A stretch of DNA of 63,818 nucleotides, counting the filler, from Reticulomyxa filosa (taxonomy: Eukaryota > Protista > Foraminifera): assembly GCA_000512085.1 (NCBI GenBank). It is 13 parts of 13 records of this genome, joined end to end, with 100 filler letters (N's around TTAATTAATTAA, not from the genome) between each part and the next. Parts side by side here need not be neighbours in the genome. Positions count along the whole stretch, not along the records: positions 1 to 8,730 come from ASPP01026989.1; positions 8,831 to 17,768 come from ASPP01014242.1; 11 more parts are not named here. One strand, 5' to 3'. Shown here in pieces: positions 1-13,700 of the stretch (position 1 is the first letter of the stretch; every line of letters begins with the position of its first letter). The position numbers and the translations under genes are program-made. Below the pieces are notes generated by a model. That model did no database searches and had not been told where the DNA came from. It saw only the letters and a list, made by a program, of their open reading frames with translations.

Positions 1-29
1 TGATTTCATCCAACAAAAAAAAATTATTA

Positions 30-174
30 AAAAATCAATATCATATTTAAAAACTACAAGACTCGTAGATATTTTTAAAAAAAAAATTAGGTCTAAATGT
101 TGCTTTTTCATTGAGAAAATCAATTATCATCATAAGATATGTTTTATGCGTTCAGTTTTCTTTGCAATCTACTG
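30..174. mobile_element. Tc1-family long terminal inverted repeat (orphan end)
   Basis: Similar to 22217-22362 and to the reverse complement of 43523-43670; ends ...CTACTG followed by TA (175-176), the Tc1/mariner target dinucleotide. Confidence 0.7.
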
Positions 175-936
175 TACAATAATATGTAAATTTACAAATT
201 TTGCGTCCAAATGAAAACGTAATGAGTATAAATAAGTTTTGTCTTTATAAAACTATCATTCAAGTGCAAACAAGAATAGTTGTAATAACATTGCAAGCTA
301 CTTTAATATTGTAGTACTGTACACGAGCTGAAATATTTTTATAATATGCACTTATTGTATGCATCAATTTCAATTGGCAAATACAGTAAGCATTGAAACA
401 GTTTTGAGCATTGAGACACATCAAATTACGACTAAATAGTAGTCGATTTTCTCATATTCCAACAAATGATGCAAAACTGTACGTATGTACCTGGGAAACG
501 TCTAAGTGCGTGTTTTTCTAAATGTTTTCAAACAATAAAAGCAACGTATTTACGTCGTTATAATCTTCATTTGTAATCTTTAACAAAGATATTGAATTTT
601 TCTTTGTGCTGTAATGAAACGATGAAAGTCAAAAAGATAAAAAGTTAATGTTGGGAAAAACTCTTTGTGATTCAGTAGCAATCTTTTTTCTCAAGTGCAA
701 TCAGGCTGCAAAAAGGTAAAAATATTTATATGACTTAATAAAAGTTTTAGTTAATAATTAATTTTAAATAAGCTTTGTGTATACTAAGTCTTTCTATTAA
801 AATATCGTAAGCTGGGAAGCACTTAGTACTAAGATTACTTATTTTGAATTCTGATTCTTTTGGAAAATTAAAGAAACTTTTCTAAAATGTTAATTAGTGA
901 TTTTTTTGACTGATATACTTCAAAAATAAAGTTGTT

Positions 937-3900
937 TCATATCGTAATTGGAAAAGAAGGAAATGTTTTACGTCTCATTCGATCCAACTCAGCCCTATTG
1001 TATGCATGTTTGTGCCAAAATGGCTATATAAAAACAGATAAAGACAGTGAAATTTGAATTAACTTTAAATGTTGAATTTCTCCTGTTTGCATTTTAATTA
1101 AATCAGTTAATTTCCTTCGCGTAACTATTGCCCCCATTTGAGTATTCAATTTTTTTCTTTGCTCTTGTTCAAGAGAATCCACGCCTTGTATATTACATAT
1201 TTCCTGTTTTTCGAAAAGCTCTCTTTGCAAATTTTCAATTTTTTGATCAAGTTGAGCGTTCTCAATTATCGTATCCTCCGTCTTTTTTTGCAATTTCTTC
1301 AATTGCAATTTTTGTTCTCTCAATTTTTCCTCAAAAACCTTTTAAATAGACGCATTTCTTTATTTTTAATTTTGTGAAAGTAAAAAAATATAACAAAACT
1401 GTTTTTGTAAACTCCAGTTTTCTTTGTAGTGTTGCTAATTCAGATTTAAGTTTTGACTCATGCCCCCCGACTTTGACTATTTCTTGATCTTTCTTTGTTA
1501 CACGTCGTAATTGATATTCACTTGTCAATAGTGACCAATATTGCTGTTCGAGTTCTAATAATTTGGCTTGCCTTTATTTTCCACACATTCCCCCTTTTTG
1601 TTACACCGTAACTTTGTTTAATACTACACACAAAATATAATTTGCTTTTTGTTTTGTTTTAATCATACCAATTCAAAACATTGATACCACGTCGAAACAA
1701 TTTGATCTCATTTAAAACTTGTATCTGTTCATGTGACGCACCAATAACTTTTTTATTGAAATCTTCGACGACACTACGATCAATCATAATACATTCACGC
1801 ATATCTTTGACCAACTCATTTTCATTAATTTCGACTTGTCCTTGTCTGAGCCGATAATACAATAAAGTGTCAAATCTGTAGTCATGAATCTGATTTAATA
1901 ACTGCCGCTTGCTTTCAGCACATTTTTCAATATTTGTCTGAATAATAGTTTGGTTGGTACGTAGCGCATTCACTTCGGCTTCCATGGAGGCCAATTTTTG
2001 ATTCAGTTCCGTTATTTCGGCCATCTTGCTCACTTTCATTTGACGAAGGTCTAAAAATCGTGCCCAAATGTCCAATGGTATTTCTTGTGGGCATTGCAAT
2101 TGTTTTGAGCACACTTTTTCTTCTTTTAATTTTTATTTATTTATTTATTTATATTGTTTTTGTGGCTTTGGCTCTATTAAAATTTTTAAAATGCGTAAAT
2201 ACAATAAATTATCATTTACCTTCTTTGGTTTTATAATAAGGATTTAAGGTGTTGTCATCGTTCGTTGCTGTATCTTTGTTACTTTTGTCAGCACTAACCT
2301 ATTTTACAATTATTTATGTATGTATACATATATATGTATATCTTTGTTTAGCGTTTTTGTTATTTAAACAAAATCAAATTTGCACATACCTCAACAATGC
2401 AGGACTCAGTTTTATGAGCTGTTAGGGATGAAAGAGATCTTCCACGAAACAATTGATTAAAATGCTCCGAGAGACCTTGAGCAGATAGCGATGATATCTC
2501 CTTTTTGAACATTTTTTCAATCATTTTATCCTCATTTTGGAGCCCCTCCAATCTTTTTTTGCCTCTATGTTTTTAATCAATATAATTTTTTACAACGTTT
2601 TAAAAAATGAAATAAATAAAACACTTACTCTTCCAGTTTTGAGAAGAAAAGCTGAAAAGTGTCATCCGCTTTTTTTTGATCTTCTTGAAATCTCAATATC
2701 CGTTTTTCTAAATAATCAATTTGTGTATTACATTTTTCGTAATTGACAATGCTATTTACTAGATGAATAATCATCCATTCATGGATATAAACATCTTCCA
2801 TAATTTGCAATTTTTTGTCAAATAAACTCTTCAATTTAAGGTCAAATGCACGAGATAAATCTCCAATATCATTTTTAGTTTTTTTAGTCGAGTTCGCAAT
2901 AATTTAGTTCTTACTTCTTTTGCCTTTTCTAATGCATCTTTTTTTTCTAAAAATAACGCCATCTCCTTTTTTTTCCAACCCAACATCAGAATAAGTTCAA
3001 AAATTATTCAAATCAACTAACAGACACTGATTAATGTGGGCTTATTGGTAGAAATAAACCAAACTTGTTTTTGTTGCTCTGTCCAGCTTGCTTCTGGGAT
3101 TGTATTCATGAACGCTGGTTTTTGAATTGTTTCCTCTAGCCTTTCCACTTCATCCTTGCACTCCAGAGTTCCATTCATCATTTCCTGCAGAGCTCGCATT
3201 GTATCTGCTTGTGGGCCACAGTCCCCTGTTTTGTTCTGCTTGCTGTCCACTTCCAGTGTTGTAGAAGCTTGTGTTGTTTGTTGATTATTTTCTTCATCAA
3301 CTATTTCAAAAACTCGCTCTGTGAATTCAATTTTTTTCATTTGCACAAAATCTACTGCTTCATCTGTAATCTTTAATTCTTTTAAAATATGGCTCATTTC
3401 AAATGCCATTTCATTTATTTTTTCTACTTCTTGTTGCTTTTGCTGTTTGATTTTGTTGTTTGCACATAGTCTTATTTCAAGTAAAAAAAAAGGGGGAAAG
3501 TGAACCTTAAACAATTGGATTGCTTCTTGATTGAAATATTTCATTAAGCTTCGATTATGTTTATTTAGAAAATGAATTTGAATAATTTTTCTAATGTTGC
3601 TGTGTAATTGAATGGGATGATAACTCTGGTCCTTGTTCTGGTTTGCCGTTACAGGTGGATATGAACACGGGAACGGATATTGTTCTTGTAGACAAAAAGG
3701 CCCCAAAAAACCAGAAATTTTTAAAAAAGATCGAACTTAAAGTTGAGAGAGTGGAGACAAACAATACCAAATTCATCTATTGTGGTTCCAATGGTGGTGT
3801 AATCTCTCTCTTTTGTGTTGATATCCCATAAATAATGGATATCAGGATTTGCAGTAACTTCAGTTTCGTCAAAGTCTAATAGCGAGAAGGGAGGAGAGGG

Positions 3901-6900
3901 GAAAAAAAGATTAATTTATTTACGTAATTTTTTCAAAGCTCCCAAAAAGCGGAAATACGTATACCGAGTTTCTTATCATGTGTTTGTTTGCACCATTGGC
4001 TCTCTGCACTATTCAATCTTCTTAAAAACCAATTTTTTGATGTTGAGCCTGTTCTTCTGGCTTGTGAGCTAGTATTGGAAAAGTAGTAACAAGTGTTTCA
4101 TTTGTTATTCCGGCAATGACTTGTACTTTGTCCTCCATTGAATCCCAGCATTGTTGCTATTTTTTATTTGTTTTTTTTGTTTTAATTGAAATTCTCAATA
4201 AAATAAAATAACTTTAATTCGATGTGTAATCAGTTTCTTGCCAATATTTTCGATGTGTATGGACTCTTGCATCTGTTCAATAAACTGTGCATTTTCTTTT
4301 TCTAATTTTTCGTGCTCCGTCAAATCCACAATTAAATCTTCATCAGACAACTTTTGGAGTTCCTGATATTATTGAAATAGAGCCAGTCAAGAGCAACAAC
4401 ATTGCAAAATAATGTATTACAATGCATAAAGAAGTAATTAACATTGGCTTGTCGGTTTTTTTCAATCAGCGATTGATATTGATTTCGAATGGATTGGAGA
4501 TCTTTTTCAATCTCTTCTCGAACAGGCTATTTTGTTATTAACAACCAACAGTAAGTATTCAAAAAAGACAGCAAAAAGAAAATAAGGAGGAAAGTATAAT
4601 ATTATCTATAAACCCACTTAAACTTGAAATTGTCGAAATTTTGTAGCTTGAATGAACTGTGAAACACGTTGTGCAAAGGTTGGAGTGGATTCATCACTGA
4701 TGCTTTCTGCAAAATGATTTGGAGTCAGATCATTCACATCAAGAATGGATGGCAGCGGCGTTGTTGCCTTCAAATTTTGTTGTAATGTCTCGGGTATCTC
4801 CCACATCAGTAAACTACCATCCATTCCTGCCGAAAAAATATATTTCATGTCGCACGAAAAAATTGCACATGAAACACCTTTGGCCCATGAATCGTGAGCG
4901 TAAAAGCTTTGTGCGATATGGCTGGGGTTTGCTAGAAGACGGAGGCAAATTGTTCCGTCTTCGGAACTAGTTAATATCAGACCGTTTTTCACCGATAAAT
5001 AAGTAATTGCTTTTTGATGGTTATCACACAGCTGTTTCAAAAAACCAAAAACAGAACAAAAGGAAAATTTTTTAAAAAAAGGGGTCAAAATCGAAAACAT
5101 GTTCAATTGATAAAACTGGAAAGCTATCATTTGGAAATACAGTAGTGTCATCGTCCAATAAAAAGGATTTAAGCATTTTATCTTGAGTTGCACACAACAA
5201 GCGTTCGGATATGTCTTGAACGGGATCTCTTTGGATTCGATTAAAACAATAGTCCACTTCACAGTCAACAGACTGTTAAAAAGACAAAAAAAGAAGTAAA
5301 GAGGATGAGCACGTGGAAAAGACAAACCAAAAAAGCAAATCAAAAGCAGACAAAAAAACTGAACGGCACAATTCAGCAGCAATTCGTCTGCCGATGTGTA
5401 GTTATCGATAGCAGTATTGAATCCGTCCGCGTCGGGAGAATCCAAAGTCACAACCACACCATTGCACAAAGAAACGAGTAGTTTGGAGTGACGATTACAG
5501 TCCAAAATCCACACGCAACAAGACGGTAACGCACTCAAGTTTATATATCCAAGCACACTTGTTTTCTTTGTGCGAACCAGCCAAATTTGTTTCGACTCTG
5601 CACTCAACGCAGCAATTAGCGTTCCATTTATATCGAACTCCACCTTTTTAAACATTGCATACGTATACACATACGTACCAGTTTGTTTGTTTTTTACAAA
5701 ATATTTTTGCCCTTTTTTTTTTTTCTCCCCCCTCCCCTCCCCTCATCTTTAATAAACTTGTGTTACTGGGGTGGAAAATACTCGTTCGCTATAAAACATG
5801 GTAATTTTTTTATTTTATCGTAATTTGCCAAGCCTACTGATCCGTTGGCGAATCCAAGACAAATTAAATAAATCTATTTGTACATGTTTTCGTGGAGTAG
5901 AAGTTTGTTCATTTCATATAGAACTAATCTTGCACATGTATTTCTCTCACTTTTTGGCCAGTCTTTCAAAAAGAAAAAAAATTACCTCGTTAGAATAGTG
6001 GTAAGAGCTCATAGTAGAAATGTTTAAAATTGGAAATGTTAGAGATGACGGAGGCACGTTTGCATTGCCTCCAACATTTATCACATCGAGTCCTTTTGAA
6101 TGTACACAAAGTGTATCACTTGGAAGGGTCACCATTCGAAGATATTTCGACTTTAATGCTTGAGTGAACTGCATTATCTATTCACCCCCCCCCCCCGGCA
6201 AAGATTTTTGTAGTCACAAGGCATACTCTACTTTGTTGTTAAAATAAAAAAAAATTATGTGTATAAATATATGCAATTTTTTTTTGGACATCTTTGCTAT
6301 ATTTAGTTCGTGTTGTGTGCATAACTGTGTTTGTGCGGATCAAGGGCACATTTTCTAAAGGATTCCCTTCTTTGTTTGTGAGCAAAGATTTCTCAATTCT
6401 GCACTCAATTAAGCGTTGGGATTTATCTAATACCAGTACAGTATCATAAGATGGAGATAACATACTTTGCTGAAAAGTCGACCCTAAATTCCATTTGTAA
6501 GTGATTTTCAAAGTACCTTTTTCAATAAATTGGAATTCTCCTTTCTAACAACATAACAAAAAAAAATAATAATAATGAAATGGAGTTCATTTACAAACTT
6601 TAGAGTGAAGGAATACGTAAAAAAAAAAGTGCTATTTTTGCAATTATTATACGTATGAGTTGTTTACGTTTTTTTTTGTTTTAACACAACTTCACCAAAT
6701 ACTGCCAAATAATGATTTTTAGTGACAAACAGCCGTGTAATTGGGCGATTGTCTTGCACTGTAAACAAAAAAGAGGGCTTTGTATCGCCTTCAATCCCCC
6801 GAAATGCAACGACTTCACCAACACTTGTACCATAAATTATTTCAATTCCGTCATGCCCCCAAGTAACACAAGTGATGTCACGATTTCGCTTTTCTGATGT

Positions 6901-7725
6901 TTCCACGCGATGTTTGCTATTGTTGCAAAGCCATTGTTTTTGGATGTTGGTTTTCTTTTTTAACATTTTCAACTCTTATAAAAAAAAATGTTTTCCAAGA
7001 ACGGACATAACATCGATGTAAGAAAATACTGATCAAATTTAAAATATACCCTCCACAGTTTAATGTATTTATTTGCTGTTGAGACAAAAATATCATTTTG
7101 ATTAGGGCTAAAATTCAAACATATGGTGTTGTCGGCAATGGCAGAAGTAGCCAATTTCTTGCCATTTTCAACACTCCAATACTCAATTTGTAATTCCGGC
7201 TTCGCTGACGCTGCAATTAAAAACTGTCCGTCAAATGAAATGTCGAGAAGGAAATAACCAGTATCACTGCATTCTGTGAAAATTTTGTAGGTACTCAATG
7301 TTTGTCGGTTGTTGTCTCCAACACTAACTTTATAAATTTCAATGCGGGGGTTGTGTCCTTGTAGTGCAACAGCCAACAGGTTTTTTTGTGCATTACAACA
7401 CACTGCAGTAATACTATCGTAGCTTTTCAAAGATAATAAGTGCTTTTTTAATACCCGTTAGGTTAGTGTTGATTGTCAGCGTAAGTTGAAAATATATCCC
7501 AATCACAAAGAAAATGTCCTCTTTATGCATAGAAAAGCAATAAATAGATAAATTATTCTTTTTTTTTTTTGGCTTCAAAAGTACCGATTGCAGTTTTGTA
7601 TCGATATCAAGAGAAAATAAAGTTGCCCCACTCCGAAGCAGTAGCAACCTACGACCGATAAAGCTTTTTGGTGGATGTGAAATCCCCAGCACTTTTGTGC
7701 ATTTACAGCAATCTCTTTCATCCAT
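937..7725 (-). CDS. CFAP43: Cilia- and flagella-associated protein 43 (WDR96), multi-exon
   Basis: N-terminal WD40 exons (e.g. AHDSWAKGVSCAIFSCDMKYIFSAGMDGSLLMW) followed by coiled-coil exons with CFAP43-like motifs ALQEMMNGTLE, LRQGQVE and RRKLTDLIKMQTGEI. The last exon reads RAELDRMRRKTFPSFPITI* (TGA at 937-939). Probable ATG at 7725. Confidence 0.85.
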
Positions 7726-8298
7726 TTTTTTCACACTCTCAAATGTTTTTTTTAGCTATGTCATTTGTCTTGTATTAATTTTCACCCTCAATACAAGCTA
7801 TTTGTGACGTCAATGTAGATTAAAAGACATTAATTCATTAGTTTTATTACTACCAAACCAAGACGGAAAAAAAGTGACTTTAAGAGTGCAAAAAGTAAAA
7901 ATCACGATCACTGCTTGTGATTCATAAACTGCGAAGTAAAAAAAATCTTTTAACAGCCCCTGAAAGATGTCTATTTACGAAATTGAGAATACCAGATCAT
8001 TTGACGGTATTAACTCCGACTCAAAAAAGGGAATAACCTTGCAAAAACAAAAAATTGAGTTTTTTGGAATATTAACAGTAGTATTTACAAAAATAAAATC
8101 ATTATTTTGTTGCTTTTATAAAAGAAAAAAAAATAAACTGTCGGCGTTTTAAACTAAAGTATTTGTTACAATTGAAAAACAATAACCACATTTTGTAAAA
8201 ATAAAAAAACATCTAAAAAATATTCAATAAAACGAAAATCAGCCTAATATAAAAATATACTTGAGGAATTGAACCAAGTGGAGTTAATTTCATCTCTT

Positions 8299-8730
8299 TT
8301 AACGGACAATAGATGTCTTTGATCTATTTTGAAGGCGTTGTCTCAGTACATAATATCCCAAAGAAGCAAAAACTTCCAAAAAAAAGGAAATGATAGTGAG
8401 TCCTAAAAATCCACTCCAGGTCCATAACATGGGAGCAATTAAAACGCTTACAGCGGATGCCAGCTGCCAAAAGCAATTTAATAATTGTATATGCAATTTC
8501 ATCATTTCAGTGTTGTTTGCATATTGTGCAGGCAAGATTTGATGAGCCAATTGATTGTTCATCACCCACGTTTGTTCCCAAAACAAGAAAGTAAAGTATA
8601 AAAATACTATCGCAGCAGGAGGTCCAAATAAAGTGTTACTATGGTTTTCGTTTAAAATGAGTACTAATGCAAGCAAATTTAAAACTGCCCACAGCAGTTG
8701 ATTCACAATAACATTTTTGGATGCATTTTC
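8299..8730 (-). CDS. Multi-pass membrane protein, C-terminal fragment (5' part lost in gap)
   Basis: 135-aa ORF with about four hydrophobic segments, running into the N spacer. Confidence 0.5.
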   Translation of the reverse strand, partial: ENASKNVIVNQLLWAVLNLLALVLILNENHSNTLFGPPAAIVFLYFTFLFWEQTWVMNNQLAHQILPAQYANNTEMMKLHIQLLNCFWQLASAVSVLIAPMLWTWSGFLGLTIISFFLEVFASLGYYVLRQRLQNRSKTSIVR

Positions 8731-8830
8731 NNNNNNNNNNNNNNNNNNNNNNNNNNNNNNNNNNNNNNNNNNNNTTAATTAATTAANNNNNNNNNNNNNN
8801 NNNNNNNNNNNNNNNNNNNNNNNNNNNNNN
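8731..8830. other. Artificial assembly spacer N44-TTAATTAATTAA-N44; identical spacers start at 17769, 19990, 22117, 24856, 25956, 27707, 29247, 32188, 48791, 55115 and 56560
   Basis: Fixed 100-nt length with a central six-frame-stop linker. Confidence 0.97.
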
Positions 8831-8854
8831 AAAAAAAAAAAAATACAACTCTTA

Positions 8855-10337
8855 GGTTATTTAATAGACACCTTGAAACATTTCTTCCGTTGGCAATTCG
8901 ACCCTACAAAAGCGTGCAGCGCCTGCCTTTCAAAGTAATCGAAGAAAAGGTGAAAGTGAGAGCGTTGCAACACTTTTTAACCGAAGGATGGTGTGTGTTG
9001 CAATGGACAAGCGATCGCTTTCCGCAAAAGTGCGAGAAATTTCCAGAATTGTCGCCAATTGTCATCATTTGTCCCGGTTTGACCGGTGGGCTCAAAGCCC
9101 CGTACATGATGCGAATTGCCGACAGGATATGGAGAGAAGGGTGGACCGCTGTCGTATTCAATCCAAGGCTTGTACATATATGTGCTACTTTTTTATTTTT
9201 ATTTTTATTTTTAAAAAGGAAGGATTGAAAAGAAAGGGAGAAACAAAAAACTTTTTTTTTTTTTTTTTTGGATAAGAGGTTGTGGCCCTTCTAAATTGGA
9301 AAATCCTTTGGCATATTCCAGTGGCTTCACGGATGATTTGAGACAAGTGGTGGCGCATATACGTGAAAAGTATCCAAAGCGTCCACTCTTTGGAGTAGGG
9401 TATTCCCTGGGCAGCAATTATTTGGGAAAGTATCTTGGAGAAGAGTCCAATGACTGCACTTTGTCAGGGGCGGTGTTATGTACTGCTTTGATTGATTTGC
9501 CCGCGTGTGGCTATTTGCTGCAGCAGTCATGGCTGGGTCAATTGTATGATCACTTTCTTACCAAAGCTGTTGTCAGCGTTGTAATGTATAAAGCGAATTC
9601 CGTATTTGAAACTGGAAAACCACCGGAGAGAAGACCTTTTCACAGACGATTTCTCCAAAAGGTTTGTTTTTTTTTGTTTTTTTTCTCGTGGAAAGGACGG
9701 GTCTCTTCTTTCAAAAAAAAAAAAGTTCAATGTTGGAACTCTTGTTTGGATAGGTGATGCTTCTGATGAAAAAAACGTGAGTGAAAATGAAGAGGTGAAG
9801 GAGAGCAAAGAAAACCAAAGTGATGACGATAGCTGCAGTGAAATAAAGACAGACGATTCACCCAGAAAAGCAGAAATGCATGCCAACGCCAGCAGCCGAT
9901 TGTTGTTTCATAAGGACCATACCACCAAATCTCAATCCAAATTTCATCCCAAACGTGCAAGTCAAATGTCCACACTGCGTGAATTTGACCAATATATTAC
10001 GTCCCAAGAATTTGGGTATCGCAGTAGTAATGAATATTATTTCAAATCCTCTTGTGGATATTATTTGCAAGATATCCAAGTTCCAACTCTAATGATTAAC
10101 AGCCAAAATGATGTCATCGTACCTATTGGTGTCGTCCAGCCAGATGATTTTTGGGGAAACCCCTTTTTGGCTGCTGTTATCACCAGATATGGCTCTCATG
10201 GGATGGATTGGCTAACTGGCGTCTTCAACTTCAAATCTTGGAGCGCTGAAGTAGTCGTTGAATACTTTCGTGCAATATTAATGTTGGAACAGCAAGGAAC
10301 GGACATGATCAAGGACGAGGCTTCTCTTGTCAAATAA
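8855..10337 (+). CDS. Alpha/beta hydrolase, ABHD1/ABHD3/YheT-like (5' truncated by gap)
   Basis: Motifs CPGLTGG, VVFNPR|GCG, TDDLRQVV, nucleophile elbow GYSLG, IQVPTLMINSQND and YGSHG; GT-AG introns near 9168-9277 and 9661-9753. Confidence 0.88.
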
Positions 10338-10791
10338 AGTACATCAAGTGCTTTCACTTCCACCCCTTTTTTGTGTAAAAAAATTTTCTTTGGAGGATTC
10401 AAAGATGAGACTACTAATCCCTTTGTGGAATTCAAATGAATTATTTGTTAACAATTTGTATTGTCTTTTAATCTTGTTCGTTTGATGTCCAACTATTATC
10501 TTAAGGCTCTTTTGTGAACGCTGTTCAGTGGCCTTGGCGAGTATACTTACCAGGGTTATTTCGATTATAAGTATTCATATTTTGTTACTTAAACGAAATT
10601 ATTGGAACTTTGTGCAAATACAATTTCAATATTATAAAGTGCTTTTTCATGGATTAAATTGTTGACTTCCAGCGGTTTATAAATACATTCAAATTACACT
10701 TTGAAAAAGTAATATTGTAAACACTTTGAGTTTGTTGTGGAATCTCTAGTTGAGAGGAGAACACATACATAGAAGAAATGATGCTTTGTTC

Positions 10792-13700
10792 TCAAAATAA
10801 AATATCTTTTGCACCATATTTAAGTAAAACCAGGAAGGAATTCTGTTCAAAATCAAAATCCCAAAGTTGACTGTGTGCCATTGCAGCCTTATCAGTCATT
10901 TGAGTAAATATATCTCGATCTTTTAAACATTGTACAGATTTCCATGTTAATTTTTCCCATTTTTCTAAGGATTTGTGAAAATCTTGACCAAATTGTCCTT
11001 TGTGTTTATCTCCAATTGCATGACGGAATGCCCTTGCAGCAATCCAATCAAATTGGTAAAAGGTTAAAGGAAAGGAAAAAGAGCGCGGATCATTTTTGTC
11101 TTGCTTGTTTTTGTTCAAGTTTTTTCGAAATAAGTATATCCTCGTCCATGAGTATTCCACAATGTCTTGCAAGGCTTCAAACATGAAATTACTGTTATGA
11201 AATGACAAACACATGATCATGCGAACAAATTTGATGCCTGCGACCCAAAATGTATCATAGCAATTGTGAATAATAGTGGCCAATGAATTGATGTTTCCAT
11301 CCAAGAGCAATGGTTGAATTTTAAGTCGCAGCATCCGACACAATTTTATAGGAATAAACTCGCCGCTGGAACGGCCAAATGATTGAGCAATCATCGAGTT
11401 CTTGATATCTGTATGTATTTGGAATTGTGATATTTTTATCTCTTTAAACCTCTCTGTTGTAACAAAAATGAAACTCGCATACCTCGAGTGTGTTCTCTGT
11501 GACAGGGCCGCACTTCAAGAGTTTTGGTATTCCACAAAAAGCCACACCAATGAATCCAATTGTTTTCTGTACATATAACGTATACCAAATACTGTTGCTT
11601 TTGCAAAAATGAATAAATCAAGAAACATAGAGAAAAATAAAAGGAAAAAAAAAATCAATGACTTGAGATATGAGATGGATCAATTCCCTCTAACTCAAAG
11701 TTGGCACTGGTTTTTTCTGGATTTGCCATAACATGGTAATGAGCAATGCCAGAGTGTAGCATCTTGGCAAAAACAGTTGCCTCTTGTTTGCTCGTAGTAA
11801 AAAATATGCAATCGTCGACATGGCGCATAAGCAGTCGAAGTGTAGGTTTGGTCAAATCGTGTCCACCAGAACAAGGACGATCTGCATTGTCTTTCTCTCG
11901 TTCAAGTTCCGCTTGTCGTTGTTTTCTTTCTTCTTCTCCTGCCTGCACAATCGCTGGACATAAGACTTCTCGTTCAACAAAGCCAATGTAAATACAACAC
12001 AGCAATTGCGATACAATTGATCCTTGAGAGACACCCACTTTATGTTGATAATAAACACCATTTAACTGTTCACAATCAAACTATTTTTTTTTTTTTTTTT
12101 TAAAAAAAATTTTTTGCTGAGTAATCCAAGAGATACTTCAAGAAGATAGAAGGGGAGGATATGTACAATTACGTGTGTATACGTAGTATTAGATATGTGT
12201 GCACATAAAAATCGAAACATTGACAATTGAATTGGTGATATGATATCGCAAAATATCAAACACTTGTGTCCTTGTCTTAATGATATTGGGACCGGTATGC
12301 TGCAATATGAAGGGGCCTCGTCGCAACGCACATGATTTCGCCAAATTTTGAACGGACTTGCAGTTTACCGCATACGTCCGCCACGCCTTGGATTGACCAA
12401 TGATCCCTAATTCAGGATAGCATGTCGCATATTGAACCAAAGAGTAGCGCTCCTTTGTTTTGTCATGTTATATCCTTGCTTTGAATTGTTTGCAAATAAT
12501 ATTTGGAGTTAAAAGAGACTCAATAAACAAGAAAACTGATCGCAAGATGAGCTTGTCCAACAATTGCAACATTGTATCCTGATTAATGCGATCATAACAC
12601 TTTGCAAAATCCAAAGCGACGCAATATAATTTCGGCATTGTTTCTGGGCTTGGATAGTGTTTTTTTATTGTCAACACAAAATGTTTCCATTTGTCATAGT
12701 ATTCTTTCACGCTAAGTGTTGTAAAACCTAAGCATTTTTCATTACGGGTTTTTTGATCAAAATTTTCCTTTTTTTTTTTTTTTTAAACGTAAAAACACAT
12801 CAATTGTTTTGCAACACGTTGCAAAAAAATTTAAAAGAAAAAGCGCAATTTCGCTCTATTGCACAAGAGTAAATTTTTTTTTATCCTTTGTAGGAAAAAG
12901 GGGAGAGGTTAAGTAACTACTTCATAATTCAATGCGGCAAAACACTCTCTCAGTTTATAATTGGCAGGTTCCAACCTTCTTGTAGTGACCTTGTTCGTGA
13001 AGTGGTCCTTTTTTTGTAAAACGGTGGTTCGGCGGAGGTTGACGATTGGTCGTAAAGTGGTTTTTTTGGGGAGAAATCGCAAGTAACCTACGGCATGGGC
13101 TTCCTTTTGTTGTGTCAGCTCCCACACTTTTGCCTTGGACAGTTTTACAAACATGTTGTTGTGAGCGACATGCCAACCGACGATTTTATTCCAAATGTGA
13201 CTTGGGTAATAAGTAATAGTGCTACCATCTTGATAGTTGCACTCGGTGATGTAGAAATTGGTCTTCAATAGGTCGATTATGACTTCATTCCATAACCAGT
13301 GTACGTACTGTGTCATTACATCCCTTTTGTTGCTTGTTCGTTTTTGTCACGTGAAAAGCAGCGGAACAGCATAAAGTCCAATGTCGACATGAATTGCAAC
13401 GAATCTCGTAATGCATAACGACGATGTCGAGGAGCATGAATAAATTGATCCAAAACTTTGTTCCGAACAAAACAAACGACAATTTTTTTTTTGATGCTAC
13501 ATATGTATGTACATAATATATATATATATATATGTATATATATGTATATATCGTATATACATTATATGTATGTATATGAATAAGTACATATTGAATATAC
13601 GTATTGTTTTTTTTTTGCACTTCGAACATTTGAATAGCAACTTGACATTATACCAGCCCAGTCCAAGGTGATTGGAATATGGACTTCCATTGTGGGGGAA

